A stretch of 64,000 nucleotides of DNA from Candidatus Omnitrophota bacterium (lineage in GTDB: Bacteria > Omnitrophota > Gorgyraeia > Zapsychrales > Fredricksoniimonadaceae). The DNA lies in the NCBI GenBank assembly GCA_016201795.1, contig JACQCF010000020.1:5651-69650 (forward strand), in the 5' to 3' direction. The position numbers were made by a program, and so were the translations under genes. The notes beneath the pieces are model-generated. The model worked only from the letters and a program-made list of their open reading frames with translations. It was not told the DNA's origin and ran no database searches. This document shows, piece after piece, positions 31,145 through 41,485 of this stretch (its first letter is position 1; every line of letters begins with the position of its first letter).

Positions 31145-32245
31145 ATGTCCACCGAAGTTGTCTTACATAATACACCTCTTCTCGAGGAACACATCGCTCT
31201 TGGCGCCAAGATGGTTGGCTTTGGCGGATGGAACATGCCTTTGCAGTATGAGGGGATCCTTACCGAATGGGACTATAACCGCAGGACCTGTTCACTTTTT
31301 GACTGCTCGCACATGGGCGAGTTTATCATCAAGGGCGATGCCGTCGAAAGCGGTTTGGATGGTATCGTCACTCAGCGCCTCACGGATATACCCCCTAAAA
31401 CCTGTCGTTACGGGGCAATGCTCAACGCGCAGGGCGGTGTCATTGATGATCTGATTGTCTATCGCAAAGCTCCCCAGGAATGGATGATTGTCGTCAATGC
31501 CGCTAATAGTGAGAAGAATGCTAAACATTTTAAGGATCATTTAACCTCGAAGGCGGTTTTTCAGGACATTTCTTTTGAGACAGCTAAACTGGATCTTCAA
31601 GGACCATTATCGCGGGATATTTTAAAGACTTTAGTACCGGGTATCGCGAAATTGGAGTACTACACTTTTGATGAATTCACTTTGCTTAAGGAAAAATGTT
31701 TGATCAGCCGCACCGGCTATACCGGCGAGTTGGGCTATGAAATTTATTATCCCTGGGAAAAGTCAAAAGAATTGTGGCAGGCAATTTTAAAAAATGATAA
31801 AGTCAAACCCACTGGGTTAGGCGTGCGTGATGTTTTGCGTATTGAAATGTGCTACAGCCTTTACGGCCACGAATTGGATGAAACCATTTCGCCTCTGGAG
31901 GTCGGTCTGGATAAGTTCATTGACTTTGACAAAGATTTTATCGGCAAAGAAGTTCTTTTAAAACAAAAGGCTCAAGGGTCGCGCCGAGCGATCGGCTGTT
32001 TCACCTCTGAATCCCGACGGAGCCCGCGCGCCGGACACAAAATTTTTAATGAAGCAGGCCGCATCGTCGGCGAGGTGACCAGCGGCACGTTTTCACCGGC
32101 GTTGCAGTCAGGCATCGGCCTTGGATTTGTAGAAAAACCAACTAATACCATCGGGCAAAAGCTCTTTTTCGGGGATGAAAAAACAAAAGCCGCAGCGGCC
32201 GTAGTCAAAAGGCCTTTTTACAAGAGCGGTTCTTTAAAGCATTGA
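31145..32245 (+). CDS. gcvT: Glycine cleavage system T protein (aminomethyltransferase)
   Basis: MSTEVVLHNTPLLEEHIALGAKMVGFGGWNMPLQY canonical GcvT N-terminus. Start taken at internal Met 31145. Confidence 0.9.
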   Translation: MSTEVVLHNTPLLEEHIALGAKMVGFGGWNMPLQYEGILTEWDYNRRTCSLFDCSHMGEFIIKGDAVESGLDGIVTQRLTDIPPKTCRYGAMLNAQGGVIDDLIVYRKAPQEWMIVVNAANSEKNAKHFKDHLTSKAVFQDISFETAKLDLQGPLSRDILKTLVPGIAKLEYYTFDEFTLLKEKCLISRTGYTGELGYEIYYPWEKSKELWQAILKNDKVKPTGLGVRDVLRIEMCYSLYGHELDETISPLEVGLDKFIDFDKDFIGKEVLLKQKAQGSRRAIGCFTSESRRSPRAGHKIFNEAGRIVGEVTSGTFSPALQSGIGLGFVEKPTNTIGQKLFFGDEKTKAAAAVVKRPFYKSGSLKH

Positions 32246-32255
32246 GGAATAATTT

Positions 32256-32645
32256 ATGGAGATCATGGATCATTATCTGTACACCAAAGAGCATGAATGG
32301 ATTAACATCGAAGACAATATCGGCACCATTGGCATTACCGACTATGCCCAGAGCGCTTTAGGCGATATTACTTACGTGGAATTTCCGCAGCAAGATCAGG
32401 AGGTGGATCAATTCGAGCAGTTTGTTTCCGTTGAGTCGGTGAAGGCCGCCTCAGATATTTTCTCTCCTATGTCCGGCAAAGTCATAGAAGTCAACCAGAA
32501 GCTTGAGGACAATCCGGCTTTGGTCAACAAAGACTGCTATATTAAAGGCTGGATTGCCAAGATTGAAATCAAAGATATGGATGAGTCGAACAATTTGATG
32601 TCCGCCGAGGAATACCGCAATTATTTAGAATCTCTCGAGCACTAA
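32256..32645 (+). CDS. gcvH: Glycine cleavage system H protein
   Basis: 129 aa lipoyl domain; lipoyl-Lys motif SVESVKAASD. Confidence 0.9.
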   Translation: MEIMDHYLYTKEHEWINIEDNIGTIGITDYAQSALGDITYVEFPQQDQEVDQFEQFVSVESVKAASDIFSPMSGKVIEVNQKLEDNPALVNKDCYIKGWIAKIEIKDMDESNNLMSAEEYRNYLESLEH

Positions 32646-32685
32646 TGGTCCGGCATTTAGCCTTACTACAAGAGAAAGTTTTGTT

Positions 32686-34050
32686 TTGAATCCCTATATC
32701 ACTAATACAGCATCAGAAGTCAAGGATATGCTGGGCGTCATCGGGGTAAAGTCCATCGATGATCTTTTCGTAGATATCAAACCACAGCATGTCCCTAAGT
32801 CTTTTCATCTGCCTTCTGGTCTTTCGGAATACGAAGTCCTGCGCCGCCTGACGGAGCTTTCTTTAAAAAACAACGTGTATTTAACCCCTTTTATAGGGGG
32901 CGGCTATTATGATCATTATGTGCCGGCAGCGGTGGGGATGCTCATTTCCCGGGGAGAATTTTACACGGCCTACACACCGTATCAGCCCGAATGCGCCCAA
33001 GGGACATTACAAGGGTTGTTTGAATTCCAAAGCCACATGTGCGCTTTGACGGGCATGGAAGTTGCTAACGCCTCGCTTTATGACGGCGGAACCGCGCTGT
33101 ACGAAGCCATGATGATGGCCATTCGTATCACAGGCAGAGATAAAATCATCATGGATGGCGGGGTCAGTCCCATTTACCGTAAAATTTTAAGAACGTACAC
33201 GCATCATTTGCATTATCAATTTGAAGAAACTCCCGTTGTGCACGGCAGCGAATCAGTCCCTGCAGGGGGCCAAACCAGCCGCCAGGAGATTGAAAAACGT
33301 TTGGATAAAAATACCGCTGCGGTGATTTTGCAAAACCCTAACTTTTTCGGCGCCATTGATGACTTTACGGACATCATTGAAAAAGCGCACGCCGTCGGGG
33401 CGCTGGTCATTGTCAGCGTTTATCCGATTTCCCTGGGGCTTCTAAAAACGCCGGGGGATATGGATGCGGATATTGTCACGGGAGAGGGCCAGTCGCTGGG
33501 GCTGCCTTTGAATTTCGGTGGGCCGTATTTAGGTTTTATGTGCGTCAAAAAACAATACGTGCGCAAAATGCCGGGCCGTATCGTCGGAGAAACCGTGGAT
33601 GCACAAGGCCGTCGCTGTTTTGTCAATATCCTGCAGGCGCGGGAGCAACATATCCGACGGGAAAAGGCCACCTCCAACATTTGTACCAACGTATCTTTGT
33701 GCGCTTTGCAGGCGGCCATTTTTATGTCCATCGTTGGCAAAGGTGGTTTAAAAGAAATGGCGCAATTGAATCTGGACAAAGCCGAATACGCAAAACAATG
33801 TCTAGAGAAAGTCAAAGGGGTCCAGGTCCAACGGTCCTGGCCGACATTTAATGAATTCACCATTTGTTTACCGCAGGATGCCTCCCAAGTGGTGGCGCGC
33901 ATGATGGACAAGGGATTTGCCGCGGGTTTTGACCTGGGGCGTTATTACAAGGGTATGGAAAAATATTTGTTGGTGGCGGTCACCGAGAAACGTACCAAAG
34001 AAGAAATCGACCGTTACGCCAAAGCATTGGCGGAAGTGTTATGCAATTAA
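32686..34050 (+). CDS. gcvPA: Glycine dehydrogenase (decarboxylating) subunit 1
   Basis: GcvP N-terminal half (YTPYQPECAQGTLQ motif). Followed by overlapping gcvPB. Confidence 0.9.
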   Translation: MNPYITNTASEVKDMLGVIGVKSIDDLFVDIKPQHVPKSFHLPSGLSEYEVLRRLTELSLKNNVYLTPFIGGGYYDHYVPAAVGMLISRGEFYTAYTPYQPECAQGTLQGLFEFQSHMCALTGMEVANASLYDGGTALYEAMMMAIRITGRDKIIMDGGVSPIYRKILRTYTHHLHYQFEETPVVHGSESVPAGGQTSRQEIEKRLDKNTAAVILQNPNFFGAIDDFTDIIEKAHAVGALVIVSVYPISLGLLKTPGDMDADIVTGEGQSLGLPLNFGGPYLGFMCVKKQYVRKMPGRIVGETVDAQGRRCFVNILQAREQHIRREKATSNICTNVSLCALQAAIFMSIVGKGGLKEMAQLNLDKAEYAKQCLEKVKGVQVQRSWPTFNEFTICLPQDASQVVARMMDKGFAAGFDLGRYYKGMEKYLLVAVTEKRTKEEIDRYAKALAEVLCN

Positions 34051-35492
34051 TTTTCGAAAAATCAGTTAAAGGCCGTCGGGGTTTTCGTTTTGGAACTTGT
34101 GATGTTCCCGTCAAAGCGCAGGTGCCTGTCAAGTACGCGCGCAAAGACGATGCCCCGCTGCCGGAAGTCTCGGAACTGGATGCGGTGCGTCATTACACGC
34201 ATTTATCCCAGCAGAATTTTTCTATCGACACACATTTCTATCCGTTGGGTTCCTGCACCATGAAATACAATCCGAAATTCACCGAAACCATTGCGCGTCT
34301 GGCGGGTTTTACAGATTTGCATCCTCTTTTGCCGCAATTAGCCTCGGGGGAGAAGTTAACGCAGGGGGCTTTGCAGGTTCTTTACGAGCTCGAGCAATGG
34401 ATGTGTGAAATAACAGGTTTTTGTGCCTTTACCTTACAGCCTTTAGCCGGCGCGCACGGAGAGTTAACCGGCATTATGCTCATGGCCGCTTATCATAAAG
34501 CCAAGGGCAATACCAAGAAAAAATATGTCATTATTCCTGATTCCGCCCACGGCACCAATCCTGCCAGCGCGGCGGTTGCCGGCTATGAGACTATTTCGAT
34601 ACCTTCTAACAAAGACGGCGGCATGGATTTAGAGGCGCTTAAAAGCGCCATCAGCAACGAGGTGGCAGGTTTGATGATGACCGTGCCCTCGACCTATGGC
34701 GTTTTTGAGTCGAACATTGAGGAGATTGCCAGGCTCATCCATTCGGTGGATGGCATTATGTATTACGACGGGGCGAATCTTAATGCGGTTTTGGGCCGTT
34801 TCCGTCCCGGCGATGTGGGCTTTGATGTGATGCACATCAATACGCATAAAACTTTTACCACTCCTCACGGCGGCGGCGGGCCAGGGGCTGGGCCGGTGGG
34901 GGTTAATGCCAAGCTTGAAAAATTTTTGCCGATTTCGCGGGTCATTAAAAAACCTGACGGTACTTATGCGCTTAATTATGATTATCCCGATTCCATCGGC
35001 TACATCGCTTCTTTTTACGGCAATTTCGCCTTGTTAGTCAGAGCTTACGCGTACATGCTGATGTTAGGCCAAGAGGGGCTGCAACAGACGACAGATCATG
35101 CGGTGTTAAACGCCAATTACATTATGACCAAACTTAAAAAACATTATAAACTTTGTTTTGATCGCCTGTGCATGCATGAGACTGTTTTCTGTGCCGCTTT
35201 CCAGGCCCAGAGGGGAGTGCGCGCCATTGATGTTGCCAAATTTTTGATCGATCAAAAAATCCATCCGCCAACCGTGTATTTTCCTATCAGCGTTCCTGAG
35301 GCTATTATGATTGAGCCGACGGAGACGGAATCCAAACAAACCATGGATCATTTTATCCAGAAGATGATTGAGGCTGATGAGTTGTCCAAAACCAATCCTT
35401 TGGCGTTCAAAGAATTTCCTAAGACAATGCCTATTTCCCGACCGGATGAAGTCAAAGCCGCGCGGGATGTGAAAACTTCATATTTTAGATGA
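34041..35492 (+). CDS. gcvPB: Glycine dehydrogenase (decarboxylating) subunit 2
   Basis: PLP-binding region HINTHKTFTTPHGGGGPG (Lys of HxNxHKTF). Confidence 0.9.
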   Translation: MQLIFEKSVKGRRGFRFGTCDVPVKAQVPVKYARKDDAPLPEVSELDAVRHYTHLSQQNFSIDTHFYPLGSCTMKYNPKFTETIARLAGFTDLHPLLPQLASGEKLTQGALQVLYELEQWMCEITGFCAFTLQPLAGAHGELTGIMLMAAYHKAKGNTKKKYVIIPDSAHGTNPASAAVAGYETISIPSNKDGGMDLEALKSAISNEVAGLMMTVPSTYGVFESNIEEIARLIHSVDGIMYYDGANLNAVLGRFRPGDVGFDVMHINTHKTFTTPHGGGGPGAGPVGVNAKLEKFLPISRVIKKPDGTYALNYDYPDSIGYIASFYGNFALLVRAYAYMLMLGQEGLQQTTDHAVLNANYIMTKLKKHYKLCFDRLCMHETVFCAAFQAQRGVRAIDVAKFLIDQKIHPPTVYFPISVPEAIMIEPTETESKQTMDHFIQKMIEADELSKTNPLAFKEFPKTMPISRPDEVKAARDVKTSYFR

Positions 35493-36217
35493 TGCAAATC
35501 AAAGACATTTCCTTTGACACTGCGCAGGAAAACATTCTTTTCGATGAATTGTTGTTGCAGTTGGCCGAGAAACAATCCACTGGTGAAGTGTTGCGTTTTT
35601 GGGAATCTCAAACGGTGTTTATTGTTTTAGGACGTATCGGTAAAGAACAGGATGATATTTGGCTGGATCAAGCGCGTCAAGATAACATTCCTGTTTTTCG
35701 CCGTACCTCCGGCGGCGGCACGGTGGTGCAGGGGCCAGGGTGTTTGAATTTTACTTTTGTTTTGAATAAAGAGCGGCATGCGGACTTGGGGGATTTGCGC
35801 AAATCCTATGCCTGGATTAGCGCTAAAGTCATCGACGCCCTTCAAACCTGTGGTGTGAAAGCTGTTTTCAGGCCGATTTCCGATATCGCCTTAACCCATA
35901 ACCAGAAGAAAATTTCAGGTAATGCCCAGCATCGCGGCAAACATTTTATCCTGCATCACGGTACCATTCTCTACGATTTTGATTTGAATCTCATCAGCCG
36001 CTATTTGAAAATCCCCCAAGAGATCCCCGCTTACCGCCAAAGCCGCTCTCAGGCGGATTTTGTGACTAATATTCATATCCAGGCAAGGCCATTCAAGCAG
36101 GCTTTAGCCGGCATTTTTGGTCTTCATCTGAGCCAAGAGCCACCCCAACCTTCTTCCCAAGAGCTTTTAGCCCTGGCAGATCTTCTTCAAAAGCGTTCGG
36201 TGGTTGTTGACTTTTAA
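35489..36217 (+). CDS. Lipoate-protein ligase/octanoyltransferase family protein (BPL/LPL catalytic domain)
   Basis: RRTSGGGTVVQGPGCLNF and KISGNAQHR (lipoyl-AMP-binding Lys) motifs. Sits right after the gcv operon, consistent with H-protein lipoylation. Confidence 0.7.
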   Translation: MMQIKDISFDTAQENILFDELLLQLAEKQSTGEVLRFWESQTVFIVLGRIGKEQDDIWLDQARQDNIPVFRRTSGGGTVVQGPGCLNFTFVLNKERHADLGDLRKSYAWISAKVIDALQTCGVKAVFRPISDIALTHNQKKISGNAQHRGKHFILHHGTILYDFDLNLISRYLKIPQEIPAYRQSRSQADFVTNIHIQARPFKQALAGIFGLHLSQEPPQPSSQELLALADLLQKRSVVVDF

Positions 36218-36262
36218 GAAAACCAGTGAATATTTATATAAATATGATACTATCAGTCAGTT

Positions 36263-36994
36263 ATGAATTTAGAAGCAGCCAAAATTTTAATTATTATCCC
36301 TGCCTTTAACGAAAGCGGTAATATCACCCGTACTATCGCGGATATTAAAAAGCAAAATCTACCGGTGGATATTTTAGTGATTGATGATGGCTCCACGGAT
36401 ACGACGGCACAAGAAGCCTGCCAAGCGGGAGTTCAAGTGATTTCTCTGCCGTTTAATGTGGGTATTGGAGGAGCGGTGCAAACAGGGTTTCAATACGCCC
36501 TGCACTATGGTTACGATATGGCCGTGCAGTTCGACGGTGACGGCCAGCATGATGCGAGTTTTTTAAGGAAAGTCATCGCACCTATTCTGGAAGATCAGGC
36601 GGACATGGTTGTCGGCAGCCGTTTTATCGAGAGTGATGGCGGTTTTAAATCTTCTTTGACCCGTCGGATAGGAATCCACTTTTTTGTGCGTTTGATCAAT
36701 ACGATGACCGGATTAAACATTACGGATCCCACCTCTGGTTTTCGCGTGCATAATCGTAAGATCATTGCGGCCTTTGCGCACGATTACCCTCAGGATTTCC
36801 CCGAACCTGAGGCGATTGTGGCGGCTAAGCGTCTGGGAGCGCGTATCAGTGAAACAGCGGTTCTGATGCGCCAACGCCAGGGTGGACAAAGTTCGATTCG
36901 CCAGTTTAAAAGCCTGTATTACATGGTCAAGGTGACCTTTGCTATTTGTTTACACTTGATCCGCCGTCAACCCTTCGATGAAACTCAGGGTTGA
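36263..36994 (+). CDS. Family 2 glycosyltransferase (polyprenol-phosphate sugar transferase-like)
   Basis: IIIPAFNESGNI...VIDDGSTDTT (DxD region) GT-A fold, ~240 aa like DPM1/GtrB-type enzymes. Confidence 0.7.
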   Translation: MNLEAAKILIIIPAFNESGNITRTIADIKKQNLPVDILVIDDGSTDTTAQEACQAGVQVISLPFNVGIGGAVQTGFQYALHYGYDMAVQFDGDGQHDASFLRKVIAPILEDQADMVVGSRFIESDGGFKSSLTRRIGIHFFVRLINTMTGLNITDPTSGFRVHNRKIIAAFAHDYPQDFPEPEAIVAAKRLGARISETAVLMRQRQGGQSSIRQFKSLYYMVKVTFAICLHLIRRQPFDETQG

Positions 36995-37033
36995 TCCTGA
37001 GCGTAATCGAAGGATCAAGAAAGCAGGTAACAG

Positions 37034-37402
37034 ATGAATATTCATGTTCTGGCTATTATTTTATCTTCGACGATTTTTTTGTTGGTGGTGGATTTGGTGC
37101 GTCGGCATAAGCTGACATTTAAGTATGCCCTGGCCTGGCTGTTGGTTTCAGCATCGGGTGTTTTTTTTGCAATTTTTCATAAATTTCTTTTTAAAGTGTC
37201 GGCTTTATTGGGTTTTGAACTGCCCAGCAATTTTATTTTTTTCACGCTGTTTGGCGTGTTTGTATTTTTAAGCCTTGTGCTGACGGTATTTTTATGCCAG
37301 CAAAACAGCCGCAATGATACAATGGCGCAAAAAATAGCCCTGTTGGAATTTGAAGTCAAAGGGTTGAAACAAAAATCACCCCAGCGCAAAGATATTTCAT
37401 GA
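37034..37402 (+). CDS. Small polytopic membrane protein (DUF2304-like)
   Basis: 122 aa, 3-4 TM helices plus a C-terminal amphipathic tail. Sits between two GT2 genes, as DUF2304 genes usually do. Confidence 0.4.
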   Translation: MNIHVLAIILSSTIFLLVVDLVRRHKLTFKYALAWLLVSASGVFFAIFHKFLFKVSALLGFELPSNFIFFTLFGVFVFLSLVLTVFLCQQNSRNDTMAQKIALLEFEVKGLKQKSPQRKDIS

Positions 37403-38382
37403 CAGTCAGCGTCATCGTGCCTGCCTATAACGCTTGCAAAACTATTGGTCAAACCCTTAAGGCTTTAGCCCAGCAGGATTATGCAGAAGCCTTCGAGATT
37501 ATAGTGGTCGATGATGGCTCCAGCGACCAAACCGCAGAGGTTATTCATTCTTTTGCCAACGCACGTTATGTTCATCAGCCTCACGCGGGACCGGCGGCGG
37601 CGCGCAATCATGGTGCCTCTTTAGCCAAGGGGCGTATGTTGGCTTTTACTGACGCTGATTGCATTCCTCATAAAGATTGGCTTTCCCAGTTAATGGGAGG
37701 GTTTGTGGCCGGCGATGTAGCGGTGGTTATGGGCAGCTATGGCATTACTAATAGCGAGAATCTTTTAGCCTATTGTGTTTATCGGGAAATTCTTTTTCGC
37801 CACCAGCATTTATTGCCTGATTTTCCCAAAGTTTTTGGCAGCTACAATGTTTGCATTCAACGTCATGTGTTCGAACACGTCGGAGGTTTCAGTACGGCCT
37901 ATCGGTATGCCAGCGGGGAGGATAATGATTTAAGCTATAAAATCATCGAGTCCGGCTGGCGTATTTATTTTGAGCGTAACGCCCTGGTGGATCACTTTCA
38001 TCCCACTCAAATCGGGATATATCTTAAAGAACAGTTTCGCCATGGTCTCTGGCGGGTGATGTTGTATGCCAGCCATCCGGCCATAGTCACCGGCGACGGA
38101 TATACCTTCTGGAAAGATATGACCGAGGTTCCCTGGAGCCTGTGGTGTTTGTTAGGGGTGTTCCTAAGCGCTTCGGGTGTCGTTAGTTTTAAAGCAGTGG
38201 TATATTTTCTGGTTGTTCCTTTGCTTATGTTTGAAATTTTTTTTGCGCGTCCCATGCTGCGCAACAGTCGCGAAGAATTTTTTTGGGGATTTATGATGTT
38301 TTTGCGCGCCTTCAGCCGAACTCTGGGTTTTTCGACGGGAATTTTGCTATTCTTGGGTAAAAAAATTTCAAATAAACTTTGA
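37399..38382 (+). CDS. Family 2 glycosyltransferase with C-terminal membrane segments
   Basis: VSVIVPAYNACKTIGQTL...VVDDGSSDQTAE, DAD motif (FTDADCIP). C-terminal TM helices. Confidence 0.7.
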   Translation: MTVSVIVPAYNACKTIGQTLKALAQQDYAEAFEIIVVDDGSSDQTAEVIHSFANARYVHQPHAGPAAARNHGASLAKGRMLAFTDADCIPHKDWLSQLMGGFVAGDVAVVMGSYGITNSENLLAYCVYREILFRHQHLLPDFPKVFGSYNVCIQRHVFEHVGGFSTAYRYASGEDNDLSYKIIESGWRIYFERNALVDHFHPTQIGIYLKEQFRHGLWRVMLYASHPAIVTGDGYTFWKDMTEVPWSLWCLLGVFLSASGVVSFKAVVYFLVVPLLMFEIFFARPMLRNSREEFFWGFMMFLRAFSRTLGFSTGILLFLGKKISNKL

Positions 38383-38444
38383 AACGCCAGAGCACTATGT
38401 TAAGATGGAAGCATAATATTATATAGATAAAAATTAGGTCTATT

Positions 38445-39023
38445 ATGTCTAAAGAGACTGTTGAAGAAAAGTGGAAAGTGCTTCAAAAATCCGCAGCCAC
38501 CCCTGTTTCCTTGAAGCAAGAATCATCTGCCCACAAATTTTTTAGTTTTTTTTCTATTGCCGAGCTCAATAGAATTTTATGGATCGCGACGGCGGTTTGC
38601 GCTGTTATTTTAATCGTTGAACTGTATTGGGGTTTTTTTCTGCTGAATAAGAAGATGGACTTTTCTGAGGAAGTCAAAACAAGTTCTCATCAACAAGAAA
38701 CCAATCTTCCTCAGGTTAAGGATGTTAAATATTACATCGACAGCCTCGGCAATCGCAATATTTTTAAACCTTATGACATTGAGCTTGGCAAAGCCGCGGT
38801 AGGAGAGCCGAATTTAGCCAGGCTTTTGTCCAAATATAAACTGGTGGGCGTGGCCTGGCTCGATCTTCCGGAATCGGCTTCGATCATGGTGGAAGATACC
38901 CGCACCAAAGCGACGCATTTTCTAAAAACCGGCGAACAATTAGAAGGCGTAACGGTCAAAACCATCTATACGGATAGAGTGGTCTTTAGTTACGAGAATG
39001 AGGAAATAACCATTAAGCTATGA
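38445..39023 (+). CDS. PilP/GspC-like secretin-associated protein (N-terminal TM plus periplasmic beta-domain)
   Basis: Single TM (ILWIATAVCAVILIVELYWGFFLL). C-terminal domain with the YKLVGV...GEQLEGVTVKTIYTDRVVF pattern typical of PilP/GspC HR domains. Stop overlaps the secretin start. Confidence 0.4.
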   Translation: MSKETVEEKWKVLQKSAATPVSLKQESSAHKFFSFFSIAELNRILWIATAVCAVILIVELYWGFFLLNKKMDFSEEVKTSSHQQETNLPQVKDVKYYIDSLGNRNIFKPYDIELGKAAVGEPNLARLLSKYKLVGVAWLDLPESASIMVEDTRTKATHFLKTGEQLEGVTVKTIYTDRVVFSYENEEITIKL

Positions 39024-40666
39024 TCAAACGCATTTTTAAACCCAGATTGATTTGGTTGGTAGGGGCGTTTGTGATCATGCCGATGATTTTTTTCAAGCTT
39101 TACGCTTGGTCTCAGGAGGCGGCCTCTGCCGTGGCTCAGGCAAATGCCGGCGTCGAGCTTCCCAAGCCGATCATTTTAACCGAGCCCAAGGAGCCTCTGG
39201 AAGACCGCATGATACGTAAAATCACGCTGGATGTGCGTGATATGAACGTCGTCGACGTCATTAAATTCCTGGCCCAAAAAGGTGAATTTAACGTGGTGAT
39301 TTCGGCTCCTGTAGACGGCCGTACCACCGTGCTTTTGCATGCGGTCGCCATTAAAGACGCGCTGGATATCATTGCGGTATCAAATAAATTGGCCTATCAC
39401 GTTCAAAATGACATTGTGCAGGTGATGACCGCTGCCGAATATGAAGCGATGTATGGTAAACAATTCAGCGATAAGACCGAGGTGAGTATTATTCATTTGC
39501 AATACTCCAAGCCCAGTTATGTGCTGGCTGCTTTGGATAATATGAAAAGCAATATTGGTAAGATCATTATCGATGAAGACACCGGCACCGTAGTTTTGGT
39601 CGATACCCCGCCGTCTATTATGGTCATGAAGAAAGCTATTGAACAGATTGAACGTCCTCTAGATACGCTCGTCTACGATTTAAAATATGCCAAGGCGGAT
39701 GTGGTGGCGGAAAAATTGCGCTCCCGTATTGATGCCAAGGCGGTGGGTTCCATCACGGCGGATGAGCGCTCCAATCAAATCTTGGTGCGCGTGTTCCCCG
39801 GCCGTCACGATGAGGTAGAAAAAGTGATCCGCAGTCTGGATGAGCCGACCAGAGAGGTTTTGATTGAGGCTCGCATATTGCAGGTGATTTTAAAACCCAA
39901 TTATGACGCGGGTATTGATTGGTCAAGCCAGATTTTTAATAATGGCAAGAACAAATTTTCTTTTAAGAATATCGATTTGAATGAATCAGGCCTTGCGGCC
40001 GCTAGTGATAATTTGGCATCGACTTTCAGCAGAATTGCTGTTGGTAATGTCAACACTCAGGATTTCATGATGGCGTTGCGTTCTTTACAGCAGGTCAGCG
40101 ACACCAAAATTCTCTCCAGCCCTCAAATTTTGGTGACCAATAACGACGAAGCCAAAATTCATATCGGAGACACGGTTCCTTACATCATTTCCACCACCAA
40201 TGGTACCGGAGATAATGCGATCAAAAGCGAGGATGTGCGTTTCATTGACGTTGGTTTGAAATTGAATGTCACTCCTACCATTAACGACGACGGCATGGTG
40301 ACAATGCATCTGCGTCCGGAAATTTCTTCCGTGGTCGGACGCATTACCTCTCAAGCGGGCGGTATCCCTCAGGTGAACAAAACGGAAGTGGAGACTGCGG
40401 TCATGGTACATGATGGTATGACGATTATCTTAGCAGGCTTACGCAAGGAAGATAAATCGCATACGAAAAAAGGTTTCCCTGTGCTCATGGACCTGCCTTA
40501 TCTGGGTAATTTCTTTTCGCGCACCTCTGATAGTATTACATCGACGGAAATCGTAATTTTAATCACCCCGCACATTGTTAAGGGTACGGATGATTACACG
40601 AAAGTGACCGGCACGATCAAACCGCCCAAGAAGTATGAGGAGAATCTTCAATCATCGCCACCGTAG
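39020..40666 (+). CDS. gspD: Type II secretion/type IV pilus secretin (GspD/PilQ family)
   Basis: N-terminal TM/signal, N0/N1-like domains, C-terminal secretin domain (KILSSPQILVTNNDEAKIHIGDTVPY...PVLMDLPYLGNFFSRTS...IVILITPHIV). Confidence 0.85.
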   Translation: MIKRIFKPRLIWLVGAFVIMPMIFFKLYAWSQEAASAVAQANAGVELPKPIILTEPKEPLEDRMIRKITLDVRDMNVVDVIKFLAQKGEFNVVISAPVDGRTTVLLHAVAIKDALDIIAVSNKLAYHVQNDIVQVMTAAEYEAMYGKQFSDKTEVSIIHLQYSKPSYVLAALDNMKSNIGKIIIDEDTGTVVLVDTPPSIMVMKKAIEQIERPLDTLVYDLKYAKADVVAEKLRSRIDAKAVGSITADERSNQILVRVFPGRHDEVEKVIRSLDEPTREVLIEARILQVILKPNYDAGIDWSSQIFNNGKNKFSFKNIDLNESGLAAASDNLASTFSRIAVGNVNTQDFMMALRSLQQVSDTKILSSPQILVTNNDEAKIHIGDTVPYIISTTNGTGDNAIKSEDVRFIDVGLKLNVTPTINDDGMVTMHLRPEISSVVGRITSQAGGIPQVNKTEVETAVMVHDGMTIILAGLRKEDKSHTKKGFPVLMDLPYLGNFFSRTSDSITSTEIVILITPHIVKGTDDYTKVTGTIKPPKKYEENLQSSPP

Positions 40667-40685
40667 TTGAAGCGGAGAAAATTTT

Positions 40686-41447
40686 ATGGGCAAACACGCC
40701 CGTTCTAAAATTCAAAACCTTGCGATGGCAGTTATTGTATTAGTTTTCGGCGTAGGTACCAACATGGGTGCTCGAGCTCAAGATATCGAAGGCATGCCGC
40801 CGCCGGCCAATACCGATTCTGCTTCGCAAGCACAGCAGGAGCGCGAACAATTTGTCAAAGAACTCCGTCGCCTGGAGAATCTCAACAGAAAATATGCCAA
40901 GGAAATCGAAGATATCAAAACGCTTTTAACCGAGAAAGACGAGGATTTTCAAAAGCGGATGCAACAATTGGAAGACAAGCTGGCCCAGCAGCAGGATGAG
41001 AAAAATAAACAGGCGCTGGTGCAGGAACAAAATCAACAAACCACCAAAGAATTGGAAGACAAAACCAATGAAATGCTTTCCGAAGACAGTGATTTGGACA
41101 TTGACGATGAGCATTTTAAAGAGGAACTCGCCAAAGCTCATTACAACATGGGCAATATTTATTTTGAACGCGGGGAATATCAAAGAGCGGTGGTGGAATT
41201 CTACCAAGCGGTTGATTTAACCCCCAAGGATGCGGATACTCATTACAATTTAGCCTTTGTCAGCGGGGAATATTTGGGTGATCAGGAGACGGCCTTGAAG
41301 CATTATCAGTTGTATTTGTATTTGAATCCTAACGCCGACGATGCCAATGCAGTGAAAGAGAAGATCATGCAGGCCAAACTTCATTTGCGCTCCAAATTGA
41401 ATTCGCCGTTAGATAAAGACAATGGTAATTATAATGTGACTCGTTAA
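40686..41447 (+). CDS. Secreted coiled-coil/TPR-repeat protein
   Basis: Signal peptide, Q/E-rich coiled coil, C-terminal TPR units (AHYNMGNIYFERGEYQRAVVEFYQAVDLTPKDADTHYNLAF). Confidence 0.6.
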   Translation: MGKHARSKIQNLAMAVIVLVFGVGTNMGARAQDIEGMPPPANTDSASQAQQEREQFVKELRRLENLNRKYAKEIEDIKTLLTEKDEDFQKRMQQLEDKLAQQQDEKNKQALVQEQNQQTTKELEDKTNEMLSEDSDLDIDDEHFKEELAKAHYNMGNIYFERGEYQRAVVEFYQAVDLTPKDADTHYNLAFVSGEYLGDQETALKHYQLYLYLNPNADDANAVKEKIMQAKLHLRSKLNSPLDKDNGNYNVTR

Positions 41448-41485
41448 CACCTTAAGCAGCGCGACACAGATGGGTTTTCAAATCT

